Origin: a virus
Virus record (IMG/VR): IMGVR_UViG_3300000117_000009
Location: 1 to 64,000 of that record
Strand: one strand, 5' to 3'
Length of the DNA: 64,000 bases
The notes under the pieces were generated by a model. It did no database searches. It was given only the letters and a program-made list of their open reading frames with translations, and had not been told where the DNA came from. Shown here in pieces: positions 46,790 to 56,125 of this stretch; the first letter of the stretch is position 1; each line of letters starts with the position of its first letter. The position numbers and the translations under genes were made by a program.

Positions 46790-49555
46790 TTAAGAAAGCA
46801 TTAAAGAAATGTATTTTTTAATTAGCGATTCATTTGATTCTTGCGGAGATTGAGGGTTTTGTTTTTGTTGAAGTAATTGTCTAGTATCACTAATTAATTT
46901 AAGCATAGATCCTTTACTGAACATTTTTTCTATATAATCTATTACAATTTCAATACCTTCTTCGGGTAAATATAAATTGGCGTCAGGTGCAAGTGTTACT
47001 GCATAATTGACGCTTTGATGTATTCCCTTAACAATTTTAAGAACTTGCATCTGACTCATCCCACTAAAAAACAATGATAGCTGACTAGAATTATTTGCAA
47101 CCTGTTCAAATAATTCGTTGTCACCTTCTGTATAATGTATTCTACCTAGATCTAAACTATTCATGTGAGATTCTGGTATTGTTTTTAGCAGAGCAATAGT
47201 CTCAAGATATTGTTCTACACCTTTCGTAGATCTTAACAAAAGCATTAAAAGATCATTAAAATGTTTTTTGTTGTTTGGCTTAATATCAATATAGCTAAAA
47301 CAAGCTTTACATAAAGAGATGAGAGACTGGAATGGTATCTTTATGTCATAACTAATCCGTCTTAAATACATATGGAGATTGCTAATATCTGGAGGAATAT
47401 CACCTGAAATTATTCCTGAAACCAATGCTTCAGCGTACTCTTTATTTTTTGTATCAATTTTTCTATTGTTTTTTAGTATTAATCGAGTTTCTGCAGGTGT
47501 CTGAGATTGTTTGAGTTCATCAATTAAAGGACTCCAGTTGTTTGCGACTTCAAACCTTTGATTAACAAACTGATGATATTTTTGGTTTGTAATTTGACTT
47601 TTAATGTTTTCATCGTTAATGTTTAATAAATTTTGTTCAACATTCTTTCTAGCTTTTGCGCCTAATCTATCGATGTCTTCAAAAATTATATCAATTATTT
47701 TATTTAAAAGATCAATTCTAACACTACTTATTGTTTGCGGCTGAAATAAGGAAAAAACACCGCGAGACATATTATCAATAGAACCAGCAATTTGTGCTGA
47801 AGAAATCGTATCAAGCTCTTTAAACAGAAACTGCTGAATTTCAGGTAATTCTGTAAAGTATTCTCTTTCCCAAGGAAGCATGCAAATAGTTGTTTTATAG
47901 TCTCTGTTTTTTGTTGGAAAGTAAAAAGAAAGCATTTTTACTAAAACATTGAGTATATCTTGGCCAGTAAGATTATCTAAGCGACTTCGATACCTTGCTA
48001 ATTGAGAAATTTGAGTTAATCCTACATTCATCATTAAGCGGTTATTGTCAAGCCTGTTTAGCTTATCTAGAGACTTTCTAGAAAATAACATATCATTTAC
48101 AGATGAGCTGCCGCTATATTGTATGTTACCAAAAACCAGCATGCCATAACTGACTTTGTCTGCGTTTTCTATGTAAATATCAACAAACTTTTCAAAGTCT
48201 TCTTTTGTTACACTTTGTTTGTTTATTGGAGAAGTTAGTATATCCAAAAATTTTGGAAAATAATAATTGACGTCATTGTCTGCAAAATAGTTTATTTTTT
48301 TGCAAAGTTCTGTTATTAAGTCTAAACATTCTAAGTGAATATTTTCTATATTACTCTTGTCAACCCTTAAAGCAAACATTGGATTGCCAGATGCACCAAC
48401 AGCTTTATTTATTTTGTTTTTTGTATTTGAAAACAAAACGTGGTTGATAAACATATTTTCTATTTGTAAGTTATCATTAACAACTAGATCATAGACCTTC
48501 TGTACAGTTTCGTATGTTAAATCAGCAGAATCAGCAACTTTATTGATTTCATTACACCAATAAAGTGTAGGTAAAAGTCCTTCTACTTTTTGAAGTTGAT
48601 CTTGCTTGAAGTCTTCTTCGTCAACATCGTTTTCTTGTGCAATATCGTTTAATGTTTCAAAGTCTATGTCTAATGCTAACTTTTGGTCTGGAAAAAAGCT
48701 TGCAATATTTGAATGCCATTCTACATCTTTGCCTACGACTCTTCCTAGTTCTACGACTTTTGCTTTTCTCTGCGGATTGTAAACAACACAAACCGGTCCA
48801 TCATGGTCACCTCTAAATATGATACCGTCTATAACAGAAGTTAAATATTTGTGTGTATAATTCCCCATGACATATCTAGTAAAATCAAAAGCAGAACCAG
48901 AAGTTAGTTGTTTATTGCTAGGATCATCGACTAAATAACTAGTCCCAGATATTCGTTGTGTCAATGAAGTGCAATGTTGTTTTAAGTCTTCTTTTGTTTT
49001 TGCAAACAATTCGTCTTTTACAAGAGAAGAAAACTTTTCATCAAACAACTTTTCTATCTGGTCTTCTATTTTCCATTTATCACCGTGAATTTGTTTAGCC
49101 AGATCTTCAAAAAATATAATATAGTTGCTGATGTCAACTTCAAATTTAAAACATATATCCCCATACAAATGAACAATAGAAGGGTTAAAGTCATAACATG
49201 TATATAATCCTGGGCCGTACATATCTCCGTGACCAGGTGTAAACCCAGTTCCCACTGTATATGGGTCTGATAGTAGTTCTGTAATTCCTTGAAGCTCTAT
49301 GTCACTTTTACTTTGCGTGGTTGTACCACTCCTGGCTTTGTCGTAAGTAACTCTATTGATAATGTTTCTAGCACGATCTTTGACTTTTCTTGGTTTACTA
49401 GGCTTAAAGGGCTTTTCTGTATCTTTTACATAAGATGAATAATCTTTAAACTTTTTTGAACCTGTTAAGTGATAAACTGAAAGTTTGTTTCCTTTTAGTT
49501 CTATTCCTTTATTTTCTTTAATGAGAAAATTTTCTTTTAAACTATACTTCGCCAT
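46790..49555 (-). CDS. Large protein with PARP-like (H-Y-x) ADP-ribosyltransferase domain
   Basis: VYHLT, GFTPGHGDMYGPGLYT, YGDICFKFEV, DGIIF...DGPVCVVYN. Start ATG 49555 with RBS AAGG. Confidence 0.7.
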   Translation of the reverse strand: MAKYSLKENFLIKENKGIELKGNKLSVYHLTGSKKFKDYSSYVKDTEKPFKPSKPRKVKDRARNIINRVTYDKARSGTTTQSKSDIELQGITELLSDPYTVGTGFTPGHGDMYGPGLYTCYDFNPSIVHLYGDICFKFEVDISNYIIFFEDLAKQIHGDKWKIEDQIEKLFDEKFSSLVKDELFAKTKEDLKQHCTSLTQRISGTSYLVDDPSNKQLTSGSAFDFTRYVMGNYTHKYLTSVIDGIIFRGDHDGPVCVVYNPQRKAKVVELGRVVGKDVEWHSNIASFFPDQKLALDIDFETLNDIAQENDVDEEDFKQDQLQKVEGLLPTLYWCNEINKVADSADLTYETVQKVYDLVVNDNLQIENMFINHVLFSNTKNKINKAVGASGNPMFALRVDKSNIENIHLECLDLITELCKKINYFADNDVNYYFPKFLDILTSPINKQSVTKEDFEKFVDIYIENADKVSYGMLVFGNIQYSGSSSVNDMLFSRKSLDKLNRLDNNRLMMNVGLTQISQLARYRSRLDNLTGQDILNVLVKMLSFYFPTKNRDYKTTICMLPWEREYFTELPEIQQFLFKELDTISSAQIAGSIDNMSRGVFSLFQPQTISSVRIDLLNKIIDIIFEDIDRLGAKARKNVEQNLLNINDENIKSQITNQKYHQFVNQRFEVANNWSPLIDELKQSQTPAETRLILKNNRKIDTKNKEYAEALVSGIISGDIPPDISNLHMYLRRISYDIKIPFQSLISLCKACFSYIDIKPNNKKHFNDLLMLLLRSTKGVEQYLETIALLKTIPESHMNSLDLGRIHYTEGDNELFEQVANNSSQLSLFFSGMSQMQVLKIVKGIHQSVNYAVTLAPDANLYLPEEGIEIVIDYIEKMFSKGSMLKLISDTRQLLQQKQNPQSPQESNESLIKKYISLMLS

Positions 49556-49576
49556 TATAAACCTTGTTGTATCTTT

Positions 49577-49642
49577 TATGTGTAAATATAAATATAATGT
49601 TGATATAATAAATAAAAACAAGAAAGGTATATAATTTGTCTA
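49577..49642 (+). repeat. 66-bp direct repeat, copy 1 (duplicate of dnaE promoter/RBS/start)
   Basis: 64/66 identical to 50612-50677. Confidence 0.95.
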
Positions 49643-49683
49643 AATGTCTGATTATTATAAGATCACAGATTTAGAAAAAATAA

Positions 49684-50589
49684 TTACACTATTCCTAATG
49701 TAATTGTTTTATTTTTGCTTAAAATCTTTTTTGTCAAGATATTACAAATATGTTTGTTGATTTGCTTTATTAGTGTTACAAGACTTTCAATATTAATAAA
49801 AGTCTCTTCTTTTAAGTAGTATGGATATTCATCTTTGGTTATAAAGTCTGCTAAATTAAAATTTTGTAAATCAATTTTTAATTTTTCAATATTCTGGTTT
49901 GATTTTTCAATATCGAAGACCTTGGTTTTTTCATCAAACTCTATAATAAAAAGATATAAAAACGCAAAAAGAGAAGGCTCGCTATCTTCAAAATCAAAAT
50001 AGTGTGGGTAATCTTTTGAAGAAAGAGCTTGCATTATAAATTCATGAAATAAATAAATATCGTTTTGTTCAAATTTAGTCTGTATGTTAAATTGTATTTC
50101 TTCTTCTAAATATACATGATATAGGTCGTGTATTGACCATATTGTATTACCAACGTGATCTTTGTTTATTTTTGATGATACATCTCCGAATTCTGGTACA
50201 ATAACAATATCTACTTCTGAAGATAATACAATCTGATTGTATTTTTTACTGTCAATAAGATCTACATCATTTAACGCGTTAGCAACTTTAGCTCTATTTT
50301 CTTTGTTGTTTTGTAAAACTATCTTTAAATTGTTGTTTTTATTTTTGTTTATACTTTTCATTATGTCTTTAAATAACGTGTTTTCTTTGTTACTTTTAGT
50401 TATAACATACGTAATAGGAAAGATAACGGGTCTTCTATCTCTCAGAGAATTAAAATCTACTCTTTTAGATTTGATATGTTTGCTAATTTTTTCACTAGGC
50501 AATCCTCTTTCTAAGATTGCTTTTTTAATAAAGTTTTGTTTCCACTCGATTAATAACTCTTTAAATTCTCTTCTACGCAACTTGCTCAT
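49684..50589 (-). CDS. Hypothetical protein, possible zincin-like HDxxH motif
   Basis: WSIHDLYH; leader LLIE/ILE; ATG 50589 with RBS AAAGGA. Lies between the two 66-bp repeats. Confidence 0.55.
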   Translation of the reverse strand: MSKLRRREFKELLIEWKQNFIKKAILERGLPSEKISKHIKSKRVDFNSLRDRRPVIFPITYVITKSNKENTLFKDIMKSINKNKNNNLKIVLQNNKENRAKVANALNDVDLIDSKKYNQIVLSSEVDIVIVPEFGDVSSKINKDHVGNTIWSIHDLYHVYLEEEIQFNIQTKFEQNDIYLFHEFIMQALSSKDYPHYFDFEDSEPSLFAFLYLFIIEFDEKTKVFDIEKSNQNIEKLKIDLQNFNLADFITKDEYPYYLKEETFINIESLVTLIKQINKHICNILTKKILSKNKTITLGIV

Positions 50590-50611
50590 TTGCAATCCTT
50601 TGTAATATTAA

Positions 50612-50677
50612 TATGTGTAAATATAAATATAATATTGTTATAATAAATAAAAACAAGAAAGGTATATAATTTGTCTA
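50612..50677 (+). repeat. 66-bp direct repeat, copy 2 (dnaE promoter GTGTAAA-N17-TATAAT, RBS GAAAGGT, TTG start)
   Basis: 64/66 identical to 49577-49642. Confidence 0.95.
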
Positions 50678-53600
50678 TTGATTTAATAACTCCACCAGAC
50701 AGGTTTGTTTCTCTTCATTCACACTCAACTTTTAGCACTTTTGATGGATTAGGATACCCATCAGATCATATAGACTTTGTTCTTTCTGAATCTCAAGGAA
50801 TGGATGCCTGGGGACTAACAGATCATGGCAATGGTAACGGTCTTGCTCATGCACATTCTCATGCTGTTAAAATGCAAAAGGCAGGCAAAAACTTTCGTCA
50901 AGTTTACGGTGTAGAGTTTTATTTTGTCCCCTCACTAGATCAATGGACTGATGATTATGCTGCACATCGTCAAGCTATTAAAGACGCAAAGACAGCTGCT
51001 GCTGCTGAAAAGAAAGGCAAAGAAAATATTGTCATTGACGCTGATGATGAAAGTGGCGGACTAGTTATAGAGGACGAAGATGAATCTAAAAAAATCGACA
51101 TTCTCAAAGACGAGTGGAAACGCCGATACCACTTAGTCATCACAGCAAGAAACAGAAAAGGCCTTAATAATCTATTTACACTTGTAAAGAAGTCGTATAA
51201 AGACGGATTCTATAGATACCCACGTGTTGACTTTAAAATGATTAAAGAACATGGAGAAGGCCTTCATATATCAACTGCATGTTTAGGCGGCATCTACAGC
51301 AACCGTATTCTTCGCGGTGTTGCACATGACAAATCACGTGACGAAATTCAAAAAGATCTACAAAACCTATCAGACAGATTTACAGACGCTGTTGGTATTG
51401 AAAACTTTAAATTAGAACTACAATTCAATAAGCTTAATAAACAGCATGTTGTTAATGACTACCTCATAGAACATCACAAACTAACTGGCATTCCTCTTAT
51501 TTCAACAGCAGATTCTCACTACCCGAGTAATGATAAGTGGCAAGCGAGAGAGTTGTATAAGAAGCTTGGATGGTTAGGCAAGAAGGATGGCATGACGCTA
51601 CCTGCTTTTGAAGATCTTAAGTGTGAGTTGTATCCTAAGAATGCTCAACAAATGTGGGATGAATTCTTAGAAGGCTATAAAGAACACGACTTCTACAAAG
51701 GGAATGAGCAACTTGTTAAAGAGTCGATAGAAAGAACACACGACATTGTCTGGAATGACTTTGAAGATACTTGGATAGATGTAAGTGCTAAACTCCCAAC
51801 AATATCAATACCTAACAAGACACCTTTCAAACACCTGTCAGATCTAGTTAAGAATGCTTTGGTTAGCGAAGGGTTGCATACTAATAAAGAGTATGTAGAT
51901 AGAGCTAAGTATGAATTGTCTGACATTAAGTATCTTGGGCACGAAGCTTACTTCATTACAATGTATGAGATCTTTAAAAAAGCAGAAACAAAGACATTAT
52001 TTGGGCCTGCGCGCGGGAGTGGCGGAGGCTCGTTAGTTAACTACTTATTAGGCATTACACAGCTTGACCCTATTCCTTATAACTTGCTTTGGAGTAGATT
52101 TTTAGGTAGGCATCGTGTTTCTTGGCCTGATATTGACACAGACGCTGGTGATCGAGATGAACTCATCAATGCAGCAAAGGAATTGTATGGCGATGATGCT
52201 GTTATTCCAGTATCAAACTTTAATACGCTTAAACTTAAATCACTTGTAAAAGACATTGCAAAGTTTTATGATATTCCGTTTGACGAAGTAAACAAAGTAA
52301 CTGGGCCTCTTCAAGATCAAGTTATGCAAAAAGCAATGGACAAGAATCAAGAAAAGTCTGTATTCGTTCTTAAACATGAAGACTGTATGAAATACTCACC
52401 AGAGTATAATGAATTTATGACAGAATATCCTGAGGTCGCTGAACATGTTGAGACTTTGTTTATGCAGAATAGAGCTATCGGTAGACACGCAGGCGGTGTA
52501 ATAATAGCTGATGCTGATTCTCTTGCAGAGTCAATGCCAATTGTTGGTGTTCGTGGAGAACTACAAACTCCCTGGACAGAAGGCATGAACTTTAGAAATC
52601 TTGAAGATAATGGTTTTCTTAAGTTTGATTTCTTAGGCTTAACATTGCTTAAAGACGTAGAAAACTGCATCTATAGGATTCTCAAAAAGCAAGGAAATAA
52701 TAATCCTACATTCACAGATGCAAGAGCATTCTTTGATAAACATTTAAACTGTAGGTTTGTTAAACAAAATGATCCTAAAGTTTGGGAACATGTATACAAA
52801 GACGGAAAGTTTTGTGGAATATTTCAATTTACAGCGCCTGGTGCTAGAAACTTTGCAAAGGAAGCAGAACCTGATTCTATTGAAGAACTAGCAGCTTTAA
52901 CAGCTATATACAGACCCGGTCCACTTAAAGCAAATGTGCATAAGAAGTATGTTAAAGCAAAAAGAAACGCTTCAGAAATTAAGTATGATCACCCTATTAT
53001 TGAAAAGATATTAGGGCCTACGTTTAACTACGTAGTTTTTCAAGAGCAGTTTATGCTACTAGCACAGGAGCTAAGTGGATTTGACCCAGGCGAAGCTGAT
53101 AAGCTTAGAAAAACTCTGGTTAAGAAGTCACTAGATACACTTCATTCTAAAGGTTCAGAAAAAGCAATTGCTAGAGAAAAGTTTATCAAGGGTGCTAAAG
53201 AATTAAACGATGTTCCGGAGTCAGTATCATCTAAGTTATGGGAAGACATAGAAAATTTTGCTGTTTACGGCTTTAACAAGTCTCACGCAGTTGCATATGC
53301 TATTGGTTCATATTACGCAGCTTGGTTGCATACGCATCACGAGACTGAGTGGCTGGCTGCAATATTACAGTCTGAAAATGGTAATCCTAAAGGCATGTCA
53401 AAAGCCATTTCAGAGATTAAGTCGTTTGGGTATGAGATTGCTGCAATAGATATAAATCACTCTGAAGCAGAATGGGAATATTCTGAAGTGTTGAAAGCTT
53501 TTGTTCCGCCACTAACATCGCTCAAAGGAGTAGGAGATAAAGCTGTTGAAGAAGTATTTGCGAATAGACCATACAAAAATTTAAATACTCTATTTTATGA

Positions 53601-54246
53601 TGCAGAAGGAGTATGGAAACATTCCAAGTTAAACAAGACAGCTTTTTCTTCGCTAGCGAAGATGGAAGCATTTAAGTCTCTTGACGAGTTTAAAACTGAC
53701 GAATTGGATAATCACAAGCAACTCCATGATTTAATACTTGATAACTATACTACTCTCAAGAAAGGTTATTGGGGAATGACAAAAACTGCAGTAAAAAGAG
53801 CAAAAAAGAATCAAGAAGAAATTGTTCCAATTGTTGAAGATTTATTGACAAAGTATCGAGTTGTTTCTGACTGGAATAGATCAGAAAAAATTAGGAATTA
53901 TTTTGATCTCAGCAATGATGCAAGTGACGACCTCCTGTTTCCACCAAGTTTAATTAAAAAGTTAAACGACAAGCAAATCAACAGCGTCTTTGATATACCT
54001 GCAGGTGAAAGAGGAATTGGCTGGTTTACAGTGACAGAAGTTATTCATAAGACAACAAAAAACAACAAGGCGTTTATGCGATGGAAGTGTGTTGACTCAG
54101 ATAATCGTAGCGGATGGTTAAGAGTTTGGGGTAGTGTTGAAGATGGTGTTGAGTTTAGTACATGGCTTGCTGACGTAAAGAATGATGCTGGATGGGGTAT
54201 GTCATCTACACTTGCTAAACTTAAAAAGATTAATGCGTTTGATTAA
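50671..54246 (+). CDS. dnaE: DNA polymerase III alpha subunit (family C)
   Basis: PHP motifs LHSHS..DG, TDHG, ADSHY; GPARGSGGGSLV, PDIDTD, GRHAGG, KFDFLGL, YRPGP, YGFNKSHA. Confidence 0.97.
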   Translation: MSIDLITPPDRFVSLHSHSTFSTFDGLGYPSDHIDFVLSESQGMDAWGLTDHGNGNGLAHAHSHAVKMQKAGKNFRQVYGVEFYFVPSLDQWTDDYAAHRQAIKDAKTAAAAEKKGKENIVIDADDESGGLVIEDEDESKKIDILKDEWKRRYHLVITARNRKGLNNLFTLVKKSYKDGFYRYPRVDFKMIKEHGEGLHISTACLGGIYSNRILRGVAHDKSRDEIQKDLQNLSDRFTDAVGIENFKLELQFNKLNKQHVVNDYLIEHHKLTGIPLISTADSHYPSNDKWQARELYKKLGWLGKKDGMTLPAFEDLKCELYPKNAQQMWDEFLEGYKEHDFYKGNEQLVKESIERTHDIVWNDFEDTWIDVSAKLPTISIPNKTPFKHLSDLVKNALVSEGLHTNKEYVDRAKYELSDIKYLGHEAYFITMYEIFKKAETKTLFGPARGSGGGSLVNYLLGITQLDPIPYNLLWSRFLGRHRVSWPDIDTDAGDRDELINAAKELYGDDAVIPVSNFNTLKLKSLVKDIAKFYDIPFDEVNKVTGPLQDQVMQKAMDKNQEKSVFVLKHEDCMKYSPEYNEFMTEYPEVAEHVETLFMQNRAIGRHAGGVIIADADSLAESMPIVGVRGELQTPWTEGMNFRNLEDNGFLKFDFLGLTLLKDVENCIYRILKKQGNNNPTFTDARAFFDKHLNCRFVKQNDPKVWEHVYKDGKFCGIFQFTAPGARNFAKEAEPDSIEELAALTAIYRPGPLKANVHKKYVKAKRNASEIKYDHPIIEKILGPTFNYVVFQEQFMLLAQELSGFDPGEADKLRKTLVKKSLDTLHSKGSEKAIAREKFIKGAKELNDVPESVSSKLWEDIENFAVYGFNKSHAVAYAIGSYYAAWLHTHHETEWLAAILQSENGNPKGMSKAISEIKSFGYEIAAIDINHSEAEWEYSEVLKAFVPPLTSLKGVGDKAVEEVFANRPYKNLNTLFYDAEGVWKHSKLNKTAFSSLAKMEAFKSLDEFKTDELDNHKQLHDLILDNYTTLKKGYWGMTKTAVKRAKKNQEEIVPIVEDLLTKYRVVSDWNRSEKIRNYFDLSNDASDDLLFPPSLIKKLNDKQINSVFDIPAGERGIGWFTVTEVIHKTTKNNKAFMRWKCVDSDNRSGWLRVWGSVEDGVEFSTWLADVKNDAGWGMSSTLAKLKKINAFD

Positions 54247-54258
54247 ACGTATTAGATG

Positions 54259-54570
54259 CTAGAATGACATCATTTCTATAGGTGTTACTCCAAGCTTTAA
54301 TAGCTTTTCTTTATACATCGATTTAAATTTTAATTTCATCTCATGTCTTAGTTTATTGTCGTTTATTTCGTCTGCTTTTTGCATATTCAACCTGTACATT
54401 GCTAGTAAAGTTTCTTTATCTGCAGTTTCACTATTATTAGGTCCAGGCCCTAAAGCTTGAATAGGATCTGAACCCATGTGTCCATGACCACCTGACAGGT
54501 CGTCGCTATAGTGAGATTCTTTTATAGCACTTCTAATGATTGAGCGTAAACGTCTTTCTGTGATTTTCAT
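54259..54570 (-). CDS. Small protein with KITERRLRSIIRSAIKE leader (candidate internal head protein)
   Basis: 103 aa. RBS region TTTTAGGAGAAAACAAA is identical to that of the tail tube gene. Confidence 0.65.
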   Translation of the reverse strand: MKITERRLRSIIRSAIKESHYSDDLSGGHGHMGSDPIQALGPGPNNSETADKETLLAMYRLNMQKADEINDNKLRHEMKLKFKSMYKEKLLKLGVTPIEMMSF

Positions 54571-54652
54571 ATTTGTTTTCTCCTAAAATATGTTTTTAAA
54601 TATGATAAAATTTTATATTTTTATTTATAATATAAAATAAAAAAGGTTTTAA

Positions 54653-55543
54653 ATGAGATTTTTCAATATTAATATCGAAGGCCCTGATTGCAGTGGCAAA
54701 ACAACTTTATACAGTCAGCTGCACAAAGAAACTAATTTTAAATATAACATTCAAGACAGAAGTTGTATGTCTATGTTTGTTTATGCAAAGATGTATGGAA
54801 GAGAAGATGCATCACTTTGGTTTGATAAAATTTTAGACGACCTTAAGCGACTAGACACACTTTACATACTTCTTTTACCTTCAGAAAAAACAATTCTTAA
54901 TAGACTACAAAAAAGAGGCGATGATTTTCAAGATAAAGACAGCATTTTAAAAGTAAGAAGTTATTTTAGAAATATTGCAAAAATGGGTTTTGGTTCCTAT
55001 CCTAACGTTTTAGTTTTAGAAGAAGATGATTTAGAAACAAATATAAACAAAACATTACAGTTTATAAACGCTCTAAACGAAATGCCTGGTCAAGAACTAA
55101 TCAAGTCTTTAGTGTTTAGCAGTGGTAGAAATGAATTGATTGATGTACAATGTAAAGAAGAAGTTAATAGAAATCATTTGGATTTAACTGTATTAGACTT
55201 TCCTCAAGAAAAAGAGTATTACGAAAAAATTGAGTTTGAGTTTTTTAATAAAATTTTTAGAGAGTTTGTTGGACTAAACGAACGCAATCAAGCACAAAAG
55301 CATGATAGCAGAAGATTTATCTATACTAGTGATAGTTGTATATCAATGATTCACGTTTTATGGCGCCAAAATAAATTAAATGTATTGGCAACCCTAAGAT
55401 CTTCAAACGTATCAAAAACTTTATGGGCTGATTATGAATTTCTTAAGATACTTAGTGTTAAAACTGCCAAAGAAATGTCTTTACCTGAAGATTGTGTTAT
55501 AAAACTTACAGTTGATATTCGATCGGCACATATAGTACCTTAG
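54653..55543 (+). CDS. dNMP kinase fused to a minimal thymidylate-synthase-fold (dCMP hydroxymethylase-like) domain
   Basis: N-terminus: IEGPDCSGKTT, IQDRS, RLQKRGDD. C-terminus: DSRR, SCISMIH, LRSSNV..LWADY, SAHI. Confidence 0.75.
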   Translation: MRFFNINIEGPDCSGKTTLYSQLHKETNFKYNIQDRSCMSMFVYAKMYGREDASLWFDKILDDLKRLDTLYILLLPSEKTILNRLQKRGDDFQDKDSILKVRSYFRNIAKMGFGSYPNVLVLEEDDLETNINKTLQFINALNEMPGQELIKSLVFSSGRNELIDVQCKEEVNRNHLDLTVLDFPQEKEYYEKIEFEFFNKIFREFVGLNERNQAQKHDSRRFIYTSDSCISMIHVLWRQNKLNVLATLRSSNVSKTLWADYEFLKILSVKTAKEMSLPEDCVIKLTVDIRSAHIVP

Positions 55544-55552
55544 AGAATTTTT

Positions 55553-56125
55553 ATGAACCCACAATTTATAATTTATACTGGCCCGATGTTTGGGTCAAAA
55601 ACAACAAGATTAATGTCTGATATCGATCGATCCTTATATAAAGGTCGTAAAGTAATAGCTTTCAAAGCTAAAAAAGACAATAGATATACAAAAGAAACAA
55701 TTAGTACACATACTGGTGCAACATATCCAGCATTTTGCATAAACCATGCTGAAGAGATATTGTGTTATGTAAACGAAGACATACATAATTCAAACACAAT
55801 AGTCGCTGTTGACGAAGCTTTTATGATTCAGGATATTGACTCTGTTTTGATTTCTTTATATCGTAAAGGTGTTAATATAATTGTGTCATCAATTCAATTA
55901 GACGCAAACGAGATACCTTTTGAGAACATAAAAAACATGATGCCTTGGGCGACAAAAATCGAAATTTGTCCAGCTGTCTGTACGATCTGTGACCAGGATG
56001 CATATTTTACAGAAGCTATGTTTGATATTAACAGTGCAACACAAGAAGAAAGAATTGGCTCGTTTGGAATGTATGAGCCAAGATGTGCAACCCACTACAC
56101 TAGTTTTAGAGAGACTAAAGATTGA
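55553..56125 (+). CDS. tdk: Thymidine kinase (type II)
   Basis: YTGPMFGSKTT, DNRY, VAVDEA, AVCTIC, YEPRCATH. Confidence 0.9.
   Translation: MNPQFIIYTGPMFGSKTTRLMSDIDRSLYKGRKVIAFKAKKDNRYTKETISTHTGATYPAFCINHAEEILCYVNEDIHNSNTIVAVDEAFMIQDIDSVLISLYRKGVNIIVSSIQLDANEIPFENIKNMMPWATKIEICPAVCTICDQDAYFTEAMFDINSATQEERIGSFGMYEPRCATHYTSFRETKD

Noticed and set aside
49556-49621. Longer N-terminus for the 943-aa ORF (and similarly 57470-57520 for the HAD gene)
   Set aside because: The extensions run through promoter/repeat DNA or overlap the divergent gene; the downstream ATGs have clear RBSs.
25369-54246. Inteins or group I introns in recA, helicase, nrdA, nrdB, thyX or dnaE
   Set aside because: All are uninterrupted and near normal length, with no C...HN splice motifs at insertion points.
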